Shown here piece after piece: positions 11,867-22,846 of a stretch of DNA of 64,000 nt (positions are counted from its first letter, which is position 1; each line of letters begins with the position of its first letter). The translations under genes and the position numbers were made by a program. Source of the stretch: Pachysolen tannophilus NRRL Y-2460 (lineage: Eukaryota); assembly GCA_001661245.1 (NCBI GenBank), contig KV454017.1:549061-613060 (forward strand), read 5' to 3'. Below the pieces are notes generated by a model that searched no databases, was not told the origin of the DNA, and was given only the letters and a program-made list of their open reading frames with translations.

Positions 11867-13285
11867 TTAGCATTTTTTCTTTGTTGAATTTACAAATTTA
11901 CTTCTGCCAACTCTAACACCTGTTGGCCTTATATCTTGTTGTGATGTAAAGGGAGAAACATAATTATCTGCACTTCCACCACCTATCCATTCCAGTAATA
12001 ATTTTTCATTTTGTTTTCTTTGCCATAAATCATTTTTTAATGCTTGTTGATATTCTTTTTGATCTTCATTTAATAATATTATTTCTTGTTTATTATTTTT
12101 ATTTTGTTGATGTTGGAAACCTGAATTTCCATATTTTTTAATTGAATTTTTTGATAATGGTGATGGTAATGAATATTTATCTCCTCTTTTATGCCATTCA
12201 AAATTTTTTTTCAAATGTGGTGTTATTTCACCTGTTTTAGAATCAATACTAACTGCACATCTTAATAATGTTGAACCTCCACAATATGGACAAAAATGTT
12301 TTGGTTTACCATCTTTTGGTAAAGGAGTTAAACGGAAACATGCATGACATCTAAACATATAATTTCTTACTCTTTTAATTCTTAATCCAGACATTGAATT
12401 CATTAAATTTAAACCAATTTGTAAAGATACATTTTGACAAGCAAAATCACCAGTTGTTAATGCAACTTTAATTTTAATTTTACCTGTAGTACTAGTTTCT
12501 TTTTCAATTTTCTCATTACTATCTTTTATCATTTCTTCTTGAAGATTTTCTAGAGTTATCCAATCACCATCATCATCTTCTTCATTAAATTCAGGTTCTA
12601 AAGAAACAGATAATGATTCAACTTCTCTTGCTTCTCTTTTCTCTCTTTGTTTCTTCCCACCTCTTCTTTTCTTTTTTTGCTTCCCTTCACCTGTCCCTAT
12701 TTTTTGAGAAACAGATGTCCATTCTCCTGTTTTCGAAGAATCTTCATCTTCCTCATCATCCTTAGATAAAACTTTATCAACTGGTGATGTTTCTACACCA
12801 GCAGCTATTGCTGTTTCTGCATCAGCAGCTATTTTTTGAGGAAAAATTTTTTTCTCACCTGGGTATTTCCTTAATCTCCAATCTCCATTGTTCAATTCAT
12901 ACTCTAATTCATAAGCTAATGCAATTATATGAATATCATTAATAGAGAGAACTGAATAATCTCCTGTAAGTTTAGAAAATTCTGAAACTCTCTTAATAAA
13001 TTCAGGTTTTGGTTGTCTTATTTTTAAATTAGATCCCCATAGCACTAACTGAGATTTTGCAAAATCATCTTTTAACTCAGAAAATACCCCAGGTGTAGTT
13101 ATAAAATTATCTGCAAATTTTTGTAAAACATCTGCAGTTTGAGTAATTAAAGGTCCCGCATCAAGTATTAATGTATTCACTTTTTTAGAAATATGATCTA
13201 TACCAACACCATTCAACTTTCCTTCTTCTTCTTCTTCTTCTTTTCTCCTTTCAACACAAATATCTTCCAGATTAACACCACTCAT
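11867..13285 (-). CDS. NOB1: 20S pre-rRNA D-site endonuclease Nob1
   Basis: PIN domain (LILDAGP...TGDYSVLSINDIH...TTGDFACQNV), Zn ribbon RCHACF...FCPYCG, WIGGGS motif. Confidence 0.97.
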   Translation of the reverse strand: MSGVNLEDICVERRKEEEEEEGKLNGVGIDHISKKVNTLILDAGPLITQTADVLQKFADNFITTPGVFSELKDDFAKSQLVLWGSNLKIRQPKPEFIKRVSEFSKLTGDYSVLSINDIHIIALAYELEYELNNGDWRLRKYPGEKKIFPQKIAADAETAIAAGVETSPVDKVLSKDDEEDEDSSKTGEWTSVSQKIGTGEGKQKKKRRGGKKQREKREAREVESLSVSLEPEFNEEDDDGDWITLENLQEEMIKDSNEKIEKETSTTGKIKIKVALTTGDFACQNVSLQIGLNLMNSMSGLRIKRVRNYMFRCHACFRLTPLPKDGKPKHFCPYCGGSTLLRCAVSIDSKTGEITPHLKKNFEWHKRGDKYSLPSPLSKNSIKKYGNSGFQHQQNKNNKQEIILLNEDQKEYQQALKNDLWQRKQNEKLLLEWIGGGSADNYVSPFTSQQDIRPTGVRVGRSKFVNSTKKKC

Positions 13286-13567
13286 TATCTCTAAAACAAG
13301 AAACCTAGTTGAGTATCAGTATTATTCTTTTCTTAATTTTAACTAGAAAACTTTTCACTTTTTACAAAAATAAAAAATAAAATTTTATATTTTTTTCATA
13401 TTAAACCCATCACGTCCCAAAATGGAAGAAAACACTTTATTTTCCAGAAGAACTTAAAGGCTAAAAGAAACTAAAACTTTTGAAGTGTTGCTGGTGTTGG
13501 TATTTATATACGAGATACAATTTGTTGTTAATTGAGTTATTGTGGTAAATTATTACTTATTGCAAGA

Positions 13568-14662
13568 ATGAGTGTTACTTCTTATACCAAGAAAGGTGAT
13601 GAACTTTCTGCTAAAGACAAATACGAAGAAGCTATTGAACAATATGGGTTGGCTTTAAAAGCAGAAAATAATTCTTTTAAACCATTATATGGTAGAAGTA
13701 TTTGTTATCAAAGGTTGAAGCAAAATGATCTAGCAATTAAAGATTTGGAGAAATGTCTTGATATAGCTTTAGAAAGAGGTCATAGGGAGAAAATAGCATT
13801 AGTTTATTTTAGGTTGGCTATAGTGTATTTTAATATTAATAGTGTGGCATTATCATTGGAAAATTTAAATAAGGCAATACAGTATGGTTGTAATGATCCA
13901 AGTTTATCTATTTGGAAACTGAAAATTACTCAAAGGGCTGAAAGAAATGAAGAAGATCAGAAAAAATTGGTACAACAAAACATTAATAATACCACAGAAT
14001 TAAATTCAAAGTCAAATGTATCAAATACTCAATTAAAACCAAGATTCGATTATTATCAATCTAGTGAGTCGGTGACTGTGGATTTTTTTTTAAAAAATGT
14101 TGATAAAGAAAATTTGATTCTTGATTTTCAAGAAGATTCGGTTACTATCTTATTAAAAGATGAAAAACTGGATTCACAGCTTAAGTATACCATTTCACCT
14201 CTTTTCGATAAGATCAATGTTCAACAAAGTACATATAGAGTCTTGAAAACTAAAATAGAAATTACATTACTGAAAGAGACAAAAGGAATTAAATGGAACT
14301 CTTTAGAAAAAACTGGAAATGAGTCCGGGTCACAGGTCTCCCAAAATCATTTTTCAACAATAAAACAATCAGATCAACATTTGTTAACATCATCGTATCC
14401 AACCTCTTCTAAAAAGGGTAAAAATTGGTCAGAAATAAAAATTGATGATGAAGATGATGAAAAAGAAGAGGCTGACCTGGATGAAAATGCATTTTTCAGA
14501 CAATTGTATGCAAACGCAGATGATGACACTAGGAGAGCAATGATGAAGAGTTTTATAGAATCTAATGGAACGGCCTTGTCTACAAATTGGGAAACTGCAA
14601 AGGATGAAAAATACGATATTAACGCTCCAAGTGGAGTAACCCCTAAGAAATGGAATAGTTAA
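13568..14662 (+). CDS. SGT1: Hsp90/SCF co-chaperone Sgt1 (TPR-CS-SGS)
   Basis: CS domain (RFDYYQS); SGS domain (YPTSSKK..NW, FFRQLYANADDDTRRAMMKSFIESNGTALSTNW). First ATG is at 13568. Confidence 0.96.
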   Translation: MSVTSYTKKGDELSAKDKYEEAIEQYGLALKAENNSFKPLYGRSICYQRLKQNDLAIKDLEKCLDIALERGHREKIALVYFRLAIVYFNINSVALSLENLNKAIQYGCNDPSLSIWKLKITQRAERNEEDQKKLVQQNINNTTELNSKSNVSNTQLKPRFDYYQSSESVTVDFFLKNVDKENLILDFQEDSVTILLKDEKLDSQLKYTISPLFDKINVQQSTYRVLKTKIEITLLKETKGIKWNSLEKTGNESGSQVSQNHFSTIKQSDQHLLTSSYPTSSKKGKNWSEIKIDDEDDEKEEADLDENAFFRQLYANADDDTRRAMMKSFIESNGTALSTNWETAKDEKYDINAPSGVTPKKWNS

Positions 14663-14811
14663 CTTTTTTTTCACTCAAAAAATAGAATTATGAAAAGAAA
14701 ATAATATCATTCATTCCTTGTAATATATTAGTTCCGTCCATTGAATTTATATAGTTCAAAAAGAAAAGAAAAAAAAAAAAAAAAAAAAAAAGAAAAAAAA
14801 AACCTATATCA

Positions 14812-17664
14812 TTATATACCAATATTACTGTTGAATACAGATCTATCATCTTCGCTACTTATATATTGTTTGCTATTGACTTTAGCATCTTGATTCTCCT
14901 TATTTTCCTCAAAAAAATTACTTGAATCACCTTCACTCGATAACTGTATTGGTCTTTCAAGAATAGAATTGTTCGATCTATTATTGATATGGTTAAGATT
15001 TGGCTTGATTATAGGTAACTTTACCGGCATTTTTGATTGTCTTTGAGGTGAAACGTTAAATGTCCTTATCGGAGATTTTAAAATACTATTACCAGTGTGT
15101 TTCAACTGTGGACTTCTCTTACTGATATTAATTACATCCTTATTATTGGTAATATTTATCAATACAGCTCTATTTGGAGATAATAATTTTCGTTTGGGTA
15201 TTCTGCTATTATTATCTTCAGATTTAGATTCAGGACTCGAGGAATAACTTAATATCTGCGAAATAGGTGTGGTAGCTGGTTGTGGTCTCTTTTTGGTAAC
15301 TTTTGAATTTTTCATTGAAGTTGAATAGAAGTTTGTCTTGCCAAATTTAAAGGATTGCTCTGTATTGTTTTTTGTTTCCAATAGCCCTCTTCTGACAGGA
15401 GTTTCATCAATAATTGGTAACGAAGCTTGTCTGGAAATAGAGGTCGAAAAATTAGCAGTTCTCTTCGATGATAATCTAGAAGGTTGTTGCCTGTTAACAT
15501 TAGATCGAAGTGATGTTGATGGTGCAGATCTAATACTGCTATTTAACCTTTCATTATTTTGCTGTTTTCTCTTTACCGATGGTTTTGTGTTTAATTGTTC
15601 TTCTAAAGTTATCAATTGATCATAATATATGCTATCACCAGTATGACAAAAAGGTTTTTTATTTTTCAATTCATAATTCTGTAATTCAAGTTTCAAGTCG
15701 TTAATCGTTAATGGAAGAAGTCTTGCTAACCGGGACCTTGTCTTCTCCTCTTCTTTCAAAATTCTAAATGAATTTCTTTGAAGTAATCTTGAGGAATCTT
15801 TACAATTTTCTTCTAAAGCATATTTTTCTTGTAATAAAGAATTAAATTGGTCGATTAATGATAATATTGGTTTCAATTCCTCAACCTGAATATTTAGTTT
15901 TTCAATATAATCATTATGCAAATCAAACATTTCTTCATTATAATCCGACTCATCATTGTTGAAAAAAAGGGGAAATTCTTTGTGCCTTTCTTCAATTGAG
16001 TAATTTAAAAGGTTCCAATTTTGTTCAATTTTAATTCTTGATTCTTCAATAAATTTTGAAATATATACTATTTTTAAATTGTTCAATCTTTTCAATTCTT
16101 TTTCAAAATTTATAATTGATGAGTTGCGTAAATTATTGTTCTGTGCTAAAAATTTATTGATATATTCATCCTTATCTTGATCTAACTTGTACCATAGGCT
16201 TTGACAGTTATTTAATAATAAATTCAATTTATCTTGTCTTGATTTCCTTTCATTGTCCAACTTGTTGTATAGCATATTTAGTTCTGAAATAGTTTTTGTC
16301 TTCAATCCAATATTAACATGAACCAACTCTAAAAAATTATCAAATTTTTCAATGTCCTGATCTTTTTGTAATTCCATTAGATATAAAACTTTTTCATTTT
16401 TTTCCTTAGGATCATAATATAAATCATTATATAACAGATCTATTTTACCTGAAAGATTTAAAATATTTTTAATCCTTTGCTCTGTTTCAATTTTTATGTT
16501 TGAAATTTCTTCAATTATCTTATTTTGCATCAGGAAAGAAATTTTACCAAAACTTGTTTTATTTAATAGAATATCTAGCTCTTTATAATTGTGAAATTGA
16601 TTTATATCTTTATCACAATAGTATCTTGCCTGTTCCAAACTAGGTAATTCGTCAAGCAATGATTCATTCTTAAATTTATAGTTATCAATTTTATAACAAT
16701 AATCATATAATTTGATGACTTTATTACTTATATTTGTAACTTTGCTAATAAAAATAGGTACCATTTTTTGCAAAGCTTCCAGCAATGTCTCTTTTAAAGT
16801 AAGTAAATTTATACTTGTCAAATTTTCAGTATCTAATTTCAATAATATCTTTGAAATCTCACTATTATTTGTATTTTTATCAAAACTGTTGTTAAATTTT
16901 TCAATAATCTTTTGAATGTTATAAGGAATTAATACTTTTTGTTGTTTTGCATAATCTTGAGCAAAATTTATAGTTAATATATTGGAAATTTCAATTATAA
17001 CATTCAATATATCGATAATTTCCAAGCTTAATGTTTGTCTTGTTAAATTTGAATTTTTTATAAGATCACTTAAACCATTTAATAAAACAGTTTCTATTTC
17101 TTTCAAATTATCAGCTGAGTAACCAATTTCGTTATAAATATCTTTCAACAACAACAAGGACTCATTGATATTTTGTAACAAGTCTATGTTATCGTTATTG
17201 ACTTCGCTATTTGGGCTTTTATTAAAACAATCCAGCTGTTCTGCCTGTGGATTTGTTAAGTGGAAAAAAGTATTGTCATTATCATTGTCATTGTCATTGT
17301 CATTGTCGTTGCAATTGTCGTTGTTTCCATTTGATGAAAATTGGGTATATTCATGTTGCTGTTGTATCCGTTTATGAACAGATAGAAGTTGACTTTGCAA
17401 GCTCTCACCCGAAACAAAACCTTGAATAGGGCACTCGGGTTCCTGGATATCTGCAATTTGAGTGCTATCGCTATTAAAACTCTTATTACTGGCAGAAGAT
17501 ATTGATACTTGTTCTTCTCCCTCATCCTTTTGTATTTCCGCAGAAGGCACACACCCATTGCTGCTTGTATATAATTTTTGAATTGCAGTAATAGACTGGA
17601 GGATCTGGTTTAGCTGATCCGGTGTGAGCTGTGATAAATTGATATTTGCTTGATTATTATTCAT
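14812..17664 (-). CDS. ASE1: Spindle midzone microtubule crosslinker Ase1/PRC1/MAP65
   Basis: ELKRL..LK...FIEESR..I...W and DSSRLLQRNSFRILKEEEKTR.RLARLLP motifs; next to SGT1 as in S. cerevisiae. First ATG is at 17664. Confidence 0.9.
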   Translation of the reverse strand: MNNNQANINLSQLTPDQLNQILQSITAIQKLYTSSNGCVPSAEIQKDEGEEQVSISSASNKSFNSDSTQIADIQEPECPIQGFVSGESLQSQLLSVHKRIQQQHEYTQFSSNGNNDNCNDNDNDNDNDNDNTFFHLTNPQAEQLDCFNKSPNSEVNNDNIDLLQNINESLLLLKDIYNEIGYSADNLKEIETVLLNGLSDLIKNSNLTRQTLSLEIIDILNVIIEISNILTINFAQDYAKQQKVLIPYNIQKIIEKFNNSFDKNTNNSEISKILLKLDTENLTSINLLTLKETLLEALQKMVPIFISKVTNISNKVIKLYDYCYKIDNYKFKNESLLDELPSLEQARYYCDKDINQFHNYKELDILLNKTSFGKISFLMQNKIIEEISNIKIETEQRIKNILNLSGKIDLLYNDLYYDPKEKNEKVLYLMELQKDQDIEKFDNFLELVHVNIGLKTKTISELNMLYNKLDNERKSRQDKLNLLLNNCQSLWYKLDQDKDEYINKFLAQNNNLRNSSIINFEKELKRLNNLKIVYISKFIEESRIKIEQNWNLLNYSIEERHKEFPLFFNNDESDYNEEMFDLHNDYIEKLNIQVEELKPILSLIDQFNSLLQEKYALEENCKDSSRLLQRNSFRILKEEEKTRSRLARLLPLTINDLKLELQNYELKNKKPFCHTGDSIYYDQLITLEEQLNTKPSVKRKQQNNERLNSSIRSAPSTSLRSNVNRQQPSRLSSKRTANFSTSISRQASLPIIDETPVRRGLLETKNNTEQSFKFGKTNFYSTSMKNSKVTKKRPQPATTPISQILSYSSSPESKSEDNNSRIPKRKLLSPNRAVLINITNNKDVINISKRSPQLKHTGNSILKSPIRTFNVSPQRQSKMPVKLPIIKPNLNHINNRSNNSILERPIQLSSEGDSSNFFEENKENQDAKVNSKQYISSEDDRSVFNSNIGI

Positions 17665-17894
17665 CGTCACTTAACTAATTAATCTTGAAAAATCTTCAAA
17701 AAAAAAAAAAAAAAAAGATATTACAAATGTCAATATCTTTCACTTCAAATATAAAACTTAAACAAATAACATCTGATAGTCCCTATGAGATCAGAATCTA
17801 CCAATTAGCCTTTTCAACTACTTAATACCTATCAAATACAAAATTTGTGATATATATTTCTTCTATCCATATATTTGAGAGATGAGATAATTTT

Positions 17895-17945
17895 GTAAAC
17901 AATCTTCTCTAAAAAAAGATTTCCTCATTAGGCAAAGTGTAAACA
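17895..17945. promoter_or_regulatory. Mcm1 + forkhead (CLB2-cluster-type) composite site upstream of ASE1
   Basis: TTTCC-TCATTA-GGCAA (17920-17935) followed by GTAAACA (17939-17945); a second GTAAACAA at 17895. Confidence 0.65.
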
Positions 17946-18464
17946 GTGCTTCTTGTCCTAGTGTTTGCGTGCACTACTTTTTGGGGTTTGGGTTGAGTTA
18001 TTACAAAATTAACCAAAAAGATCTTAGGCTGATGATGATCTACTACTACTACAAGTGTTTGACCTTTTATTATTTTTCAAAAAAAAGTGACAGATATCTA
18101 TTATGTATAGTTTTCATTTCCGGAGATATAAATAAAATATTTAAATAAGGTGAAGACAAAATCAGAAAAGAGTTTCTCTTTTTTTTCATTTTTTTTTATT
18201 TTTTTTTTTTTCTTTTGATTTTTTTTTTTGGCAAAACTATAACATCATCCATTTGTTTTTTAGTTTTTTTTTTTTTTTTCATATATATAATTTTCTCATT
18301 CTTTGTTCATTAAATAAGCTCCAAGTACAATAAATAACCTTAAAATTCAGTAACTAAAACCAGTAAACACTTTTAAGTTTAGCAAAAAAAAACTTTTGCA
18401 TTTGCATTTCCATTTTTTTTTTTTTTTTTTTTTCCTTTTTTTTTTTAGAAAATATTTGTCGATA

Positions 18465-19607
18465 TTAAAAATCATCTTCAAAGATTGTAATTTGTTGGCC
18501 TGGTTTGAAAGCAGGCAATCCCAAATATGGACAACCATCACATCTGAAAGCATCACCCAAGGCGCAAGAACCACAACCTCCAGTTTTACCTTCTATTGTG
18601 AAATCGATTTCTGTTATTTCGCTTTCATTAAATTTAACAATTTTACCCTTTGTTGATTCTTGTTTTCTTTTAATTCTTTCTTCAATTTTAATAGCTTCCA
18701 GAGTGGCAGATTTTGCCAAAGTACCCAATACTTGATCTTGAATTGATCTTTGTTTTAATTCATCCAGTTCTTCTTTTTCTTTCAAACCACATGTACAGTC
18801 TTTACAAGCTTTTCTTCTCTTTTTACCATTAGAAAGCCTACACTCTACTGGTACAATCAATGGTTTTGAATTGAAACCAGAAGGTAAATCATCCGATCCA
18901 GCGTCTGCTATTAATAATTCATTTTCATCCAATAATTCTTCATCTTCATCTTCATTTTCATCACCATCATTAGTGAAAAATACCAATTTTGATTGTTTAT
19001 TTGAAAAAGAATCGGTATCATCATCTAAATCTGAAGTGTCTGTTAAAGTTGGGGATGATAATTTCTTGAAATTTGGTAATAAAGACTGTTCATGTTGTTC
19101 AGTTTGCTCTACTGATGCTGAATCTGACAGTGGTGAAGACAATTTTGGTGAAGATAATTTCTTAAATTTCGGAAGTTTAAGTACTGTTTTCGCACCAAAA
19201 CTTTCATCTTTCTTCTTCAATAAGGCAACACCTTCTACTTTTGGTGTAGGTTTAATCCATTTTGTATCCTCCGTTATGAAACCAGCCATAATAGCATCAA
19301 TCTTACTTTCTCTTGGTAAACAACCCATAAACTCTCCATTTGGCTTTAAAATCTTTACTATTAATTCCAACGTCTTTGTTGGAATTTTTTTCAAAAAAGC
19401 TTCTTCAGGCGCTAAATAATATACAATATCATATTCATCCAGTAATCTATCAGATTCTTCATCAAGTGTAAATTTATCAACAATATTTTGGTGAATTTTT
19501 GAATCTCCTCCATATTGACGAGCTAAACCTAATTTAACCTCTTCAACCTTACCTGGCTCTGTTACAATCGTTGGATGTAACAATAATAAGATCTCGTAAG
19601 ACATCAT
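18465..19607 (-). CDS. DRE2: Fe-S cluster assembly protein Dre2 (anamorsin)
   Basis: ILLLLHPT N-terminus; [12 protein letters not shown] and [28 protein letters not shown]ys motifs. ATG at 19607 or 19604. Confidence 0.97.
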   Translation of the reverse strand: MMSYEILLLLHPTIVTEPGKVEEVKLGLARQYGGDSKIHQNIVDKFTLDEESDRLLDEYDIVYYLAPEEAFLKKIPTKTLELIVKILKPNGEFMGCLPRESKIDAIMAGFITEDTKWIKPTPKVEGVALLKKKDESFGAKTVLKLPKFKKLSSPKLSSPLSDSASVEQTEQHEQSLLPNFKKLSSPTLTDTSDLDDDTDSFSNKQSKLVFFTNDGDENEDEDEELLDENELLIADAGSDDLPSGFNSKPLIVPVECRLSNGKKRRKACKDCTCGLKEKEELDELKQRSIQDQVLGTLAKSATLEAIKIEERIKRKQESTKGKIVKFNESEITEIDFTIEGKTGGCGSCALGDAFRCDGCPYLGLPAFKPGQQITIFEDDF

Positions 19608-20159
19608 TATATACTTATTTCCTATCACAATACCAAACAAATGAAGAAAAAAAAAAAAAAAAAAAAAATCAATCCAAAGTAAGAACAAGAAAAAGAACAA
19701 ATAGAAATAAAAAAGAAAAAAGAAAAGAAAAGAAAAGGAAAAGGAAAGGAAAAATTATTAATTTAATTTAATTAAATTAAATTTATTTAATTAATTTTTT
19801 TTTATTAAAAAAATAAAATGATGATGGAAAATAAAATATTTGGTAAATAAATTCCAATATTAGTAAAATGATTACTTCTTACTAATACTTAACCATAAGA
19901 AACTAATAGATAAAAAAGATAAGCACTTTTCTGGATAACTTTTCCTTTTAAAAGAAAAAGAAGAAAAAGAAAATTAAAAAAAAAAATTTTTTTTTTTTTT
20001 TTTGGTGATAATTTTTTTTTGCTATTACGTAATCGCGAAACCGGTCACTTCTCTTGTATTTTGTGCACTACCATTATTTTCATTTAGCTGTATATATATT
20101 ATTACTATTGTTTCTATACTATACAAGTTAAAGAAGTATATATGTACAGGTTTTTATTT

Positions 20160-22505
20160 CTATACGTTTTTGTAGAGTTGGACATCTGAAGATTCTATAA
20201 CTTCTAGTAAAGAAGCGACTATATCTTCTTTTGATAGTTGTGATATGCGCAGTAGTTCATCTTTTGGAGAATCTTTTACTTGTATATTATGATTCTTTTC
20301 AGTTTTTAAAGTTTCTTTATTCTCATTTGAAATGTCAGGGTCCAAGTTTTTATCAAAGATTAAAATCTGTTCTGGGACGTTTTCGGGCTTGGTATTTGAG
20401 TTTTTTACTTCATTTGGAGTATTGTTCATGATATGATTTAGTCCCATATCCATATCGTTATGGAATTTTTCATCAACCTGATTTTCTAAATTTGAAAAAT
20501 CTGCATCAGGGTTATCATTTTCCAACTCTAAGAAATCATGAGCTAATTCAACTTCTTCATTTGATGATTGTGAAATTGGAAATTTTTCAATGTTCCAATT
20601 TTCCCTTATGATTATTTCTATTAGTTGATGATGATTGATGTAATCTTTTGAATCTTTAGTTATATCAGTTTTAATTATATCATTTGTTAATTTTTTGAAA
20701 AAATTTTTAGATTCAAGACTATGATCAGTTTTATATAATCTTATAATTATACCAATAACTGACCAAAAGGATAATTTAAGATTACGTTCATTTAATAAAC
20801 TGAACCATCTTAAAGAGTTTGAAAGATTTTTATAAGATTGAGTATGTATAATTAAATCAAATGCATATGAAGATGTAAACCTTAAATTAATCTTTTCACA
20901 TTTTAAAAAATCATCAAATATAAATTCTGCTAAATCATAATTTTTCAATTGAAATATAGCTTCAGCCAAAAATACAGAAATCACTCTATCATCTAATTTT
21001 GAACTGGATAAAGGATGATATTTTAAAGTTGAATCATTCAAATCAATTTGATTTTGATTTTCTTTTTTCTTTTTTTCCAAATCTTGAATATATATGGTTA
21101 ATTCTTTTAATTTATAATATAAATTAATCAAAATTTTATCCGAATTCAAATTATTGAAATTTAAATAATTGAAAATAGATTTATATAATTCAGTTAATGA
21201 TTCCAGTGATGGATATAACATTTTTTTAGCTATTAACTCATTAACAGATGCTTTTTCAATAGAATCAATTAACCTTGTGTTAGTTAATTTATTTTCAATC
21301 TTATTTTCTAATAATAATGGTAATATACCTAAATTTTCCAATAGAAGTTGTCCCTTTTCATAAAATGCTAATGAATAACTTAATATTATTTTTGAATCTA
21401 AAAGAGAAAATTTTGAATTTCTTAATAATGTTAACATTTCATTAGTTAAAATTTTTAAAGTTATTCCATCAATTTTACCATTATTTTTAATTTTAAAAAT
21501 TTTTAAGATTTGATTAAACATTTTAGTAAAATTTATAATATCATTTTGTTTCCTTAAATGTGTCAAGATAATCATTAAAATCTTATGATTTATAGGTATA
21601 TTTTGTTGTTTCATATCATTCAATATGAAAACTGATGAATATAAACCATATTGATTTAAAGAATGCATCATTAATAAATCATATAACTTATTAAATAATT
21701 GATTTCTCTTGATTAAATCAAATTCTTTTGATATTTTTTGAAATGTGATTTCTATATATTCTTTTAATTTCTCATTATTATCTTGTTTTATACAAAATGC
21801 TATTAAATGAAATAACATATGATATGAATAATTATGTAAAATAAGTTCAGTATTCATTGGTGCAGAAAAATCTAATGAAGCATTTTGCCATAAAAATTGT
21901 TCTTCATTTGTTCCAGTACGTAATTCGTATATTAATTTATTCAAAGGTGAAGACTCACTAATGACTAAATTTATATTTAATAATTTTAAAAATAAATGCT
22001 TATAAAAATGCCTTGGTGTTATTTCAATAATTCTGTTTAACGTTTTAACGTTGAAAAATAATTTAGGAACTTTCCCAACAGATTGAGGTTTTAAAGCATT
22101 TAACAAATAAAAATATTGATAAATCCTTTTCAATTTGGTTTCATTATCTATTTCTGGTTCATCAAGTATATTTATCACCACATCTTCAATTAATCGATTT
22201 AAATCATGGAATTTATCTCTATCTAATTCCAACGAATTATAATACCTGAAAAGATTGATCTTGTACTGATTATTCCCAAAAACATGGTTCAACGTCTTTG
22301 AATCTATCACCTCATCAAGTTCGGTATTACCGAACTCAGTTTTCAATCGATTTATCAAATTTGGAACAATTTTAGGTTGTGAAAGAATCTTTTTATTTAT
22401 AGTGAAAAGTAAAGTCTCTGGCACTTCTGCTTTCGCCACTATACCACTATTAAACGCCGTAGACGAGTAGCATCTACTAAAGATTATCCCTATTCGAGGC
22501 ACCAT
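20160..22505 (-). CDS. Uncharacterised 781-aa helical protein, probably mitochondrial (PPR-like)
   Basis: Long ORF with an Arg/Ser presequence (FSRCYSSTAF) and PPR-like helix pairs; no firm family recognised. Confidence 0.6.
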   Translation of the reverse strand: MVPRIGIIFSRCYSSTAFNSGIVAKAEVPETLLFTINKKILSQPKIVPNLINRLKTEFGNTELDEVIDSKTLNHVFGNNQYKINLFRYYNSLELDRDKFHDLNRLIEDVVINILDEPEIDNETKLKRIYQYFYLLNALKPQSVGKVPKLFFNVKTLNRIIEITPRHFYKHLFLKLLNINLVISESSPLNKLIYELRTGTNEEQFLWQNASLDFSAPMNTELILHNYSYHMLFHLIAFCIKQDNNEKLKEYIEITFQKISKEFDLIKRNQLFNKLYDLLMMHSLNQYGLYSSVFILNDMKQQNIPINHKILMIILTHLRKQNDIINFTKMFNQILKIFKIKNNGKIDGITLKILTNEMLTLLRNSKFSLLDSKIILSYSLAFYEKGQLLLENLGILPLLLENKIENKLTNTRLIDSIEKASVNELIAKKMLYPSLESLTELYKSIFNYLNFNNLNSDKILINLYYKLKELTIYIQDLEKKKKENQNQIDLNDSTLKYHPLSSSKLDDRVISVFLAEAIFQLKNYDLAEFIFDDFLKCEKINLRFTSSYAFDLIIHTQSYKNLSNSLRWFSLLNERNLKLSFWSVIGIIIRLYKTDHSLESKNFFKKLTNDIIKTDITKDSKDYINHHQLIEIIIRENWNIEKFPISQSSNEEVELAHDFLELENDNPDADFSNLENQVDEKFHNDMDMGLNHIMNNTPNEVKNSNTKPENVPEQILIFDKNLDPDISNENKETLKTEKNHNIQVKDSPKDELLRISQLSKEDIVASLLEVIESSDVQLYKNV

Positions 22506-22846
22506 TGCTTATAATATACCCATAAACCTGATCCTGATCTTTATCATCTTGTTCATCTTCATCATCATCTTCTTCTTCTTCTTCTTCTTCGGCATCTTCC
22601 CATTTTGGTTTTTCCGGGTTTTTCTTTTTTTTCTTTTTTTTTTCCACAATTTGAAGTTTATTTCTCCGATCGGGAGAAGATTTTCTTAATAAAACTCAAT
22701 TTTACCTTATTTATTTACTTCCGAAAAGGAAACTGACTTTTTTTTTCTTTTCTTCTCCGTTTTGCATACTATTAAAATCGAAATTTCTATGCGGGTTCAA
22801 GCTTGTTTAAAAAGTGGAAAGTTAAGGTGAAAGGTATCATTATCAA

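Noticed and set aside
19745..19805. AT-only quasi-palindrome upstream of DRE2, and (TA)n tracts near 7680-7840 and 10615-10650
   Set aside because: Low complexity; expected by chance.
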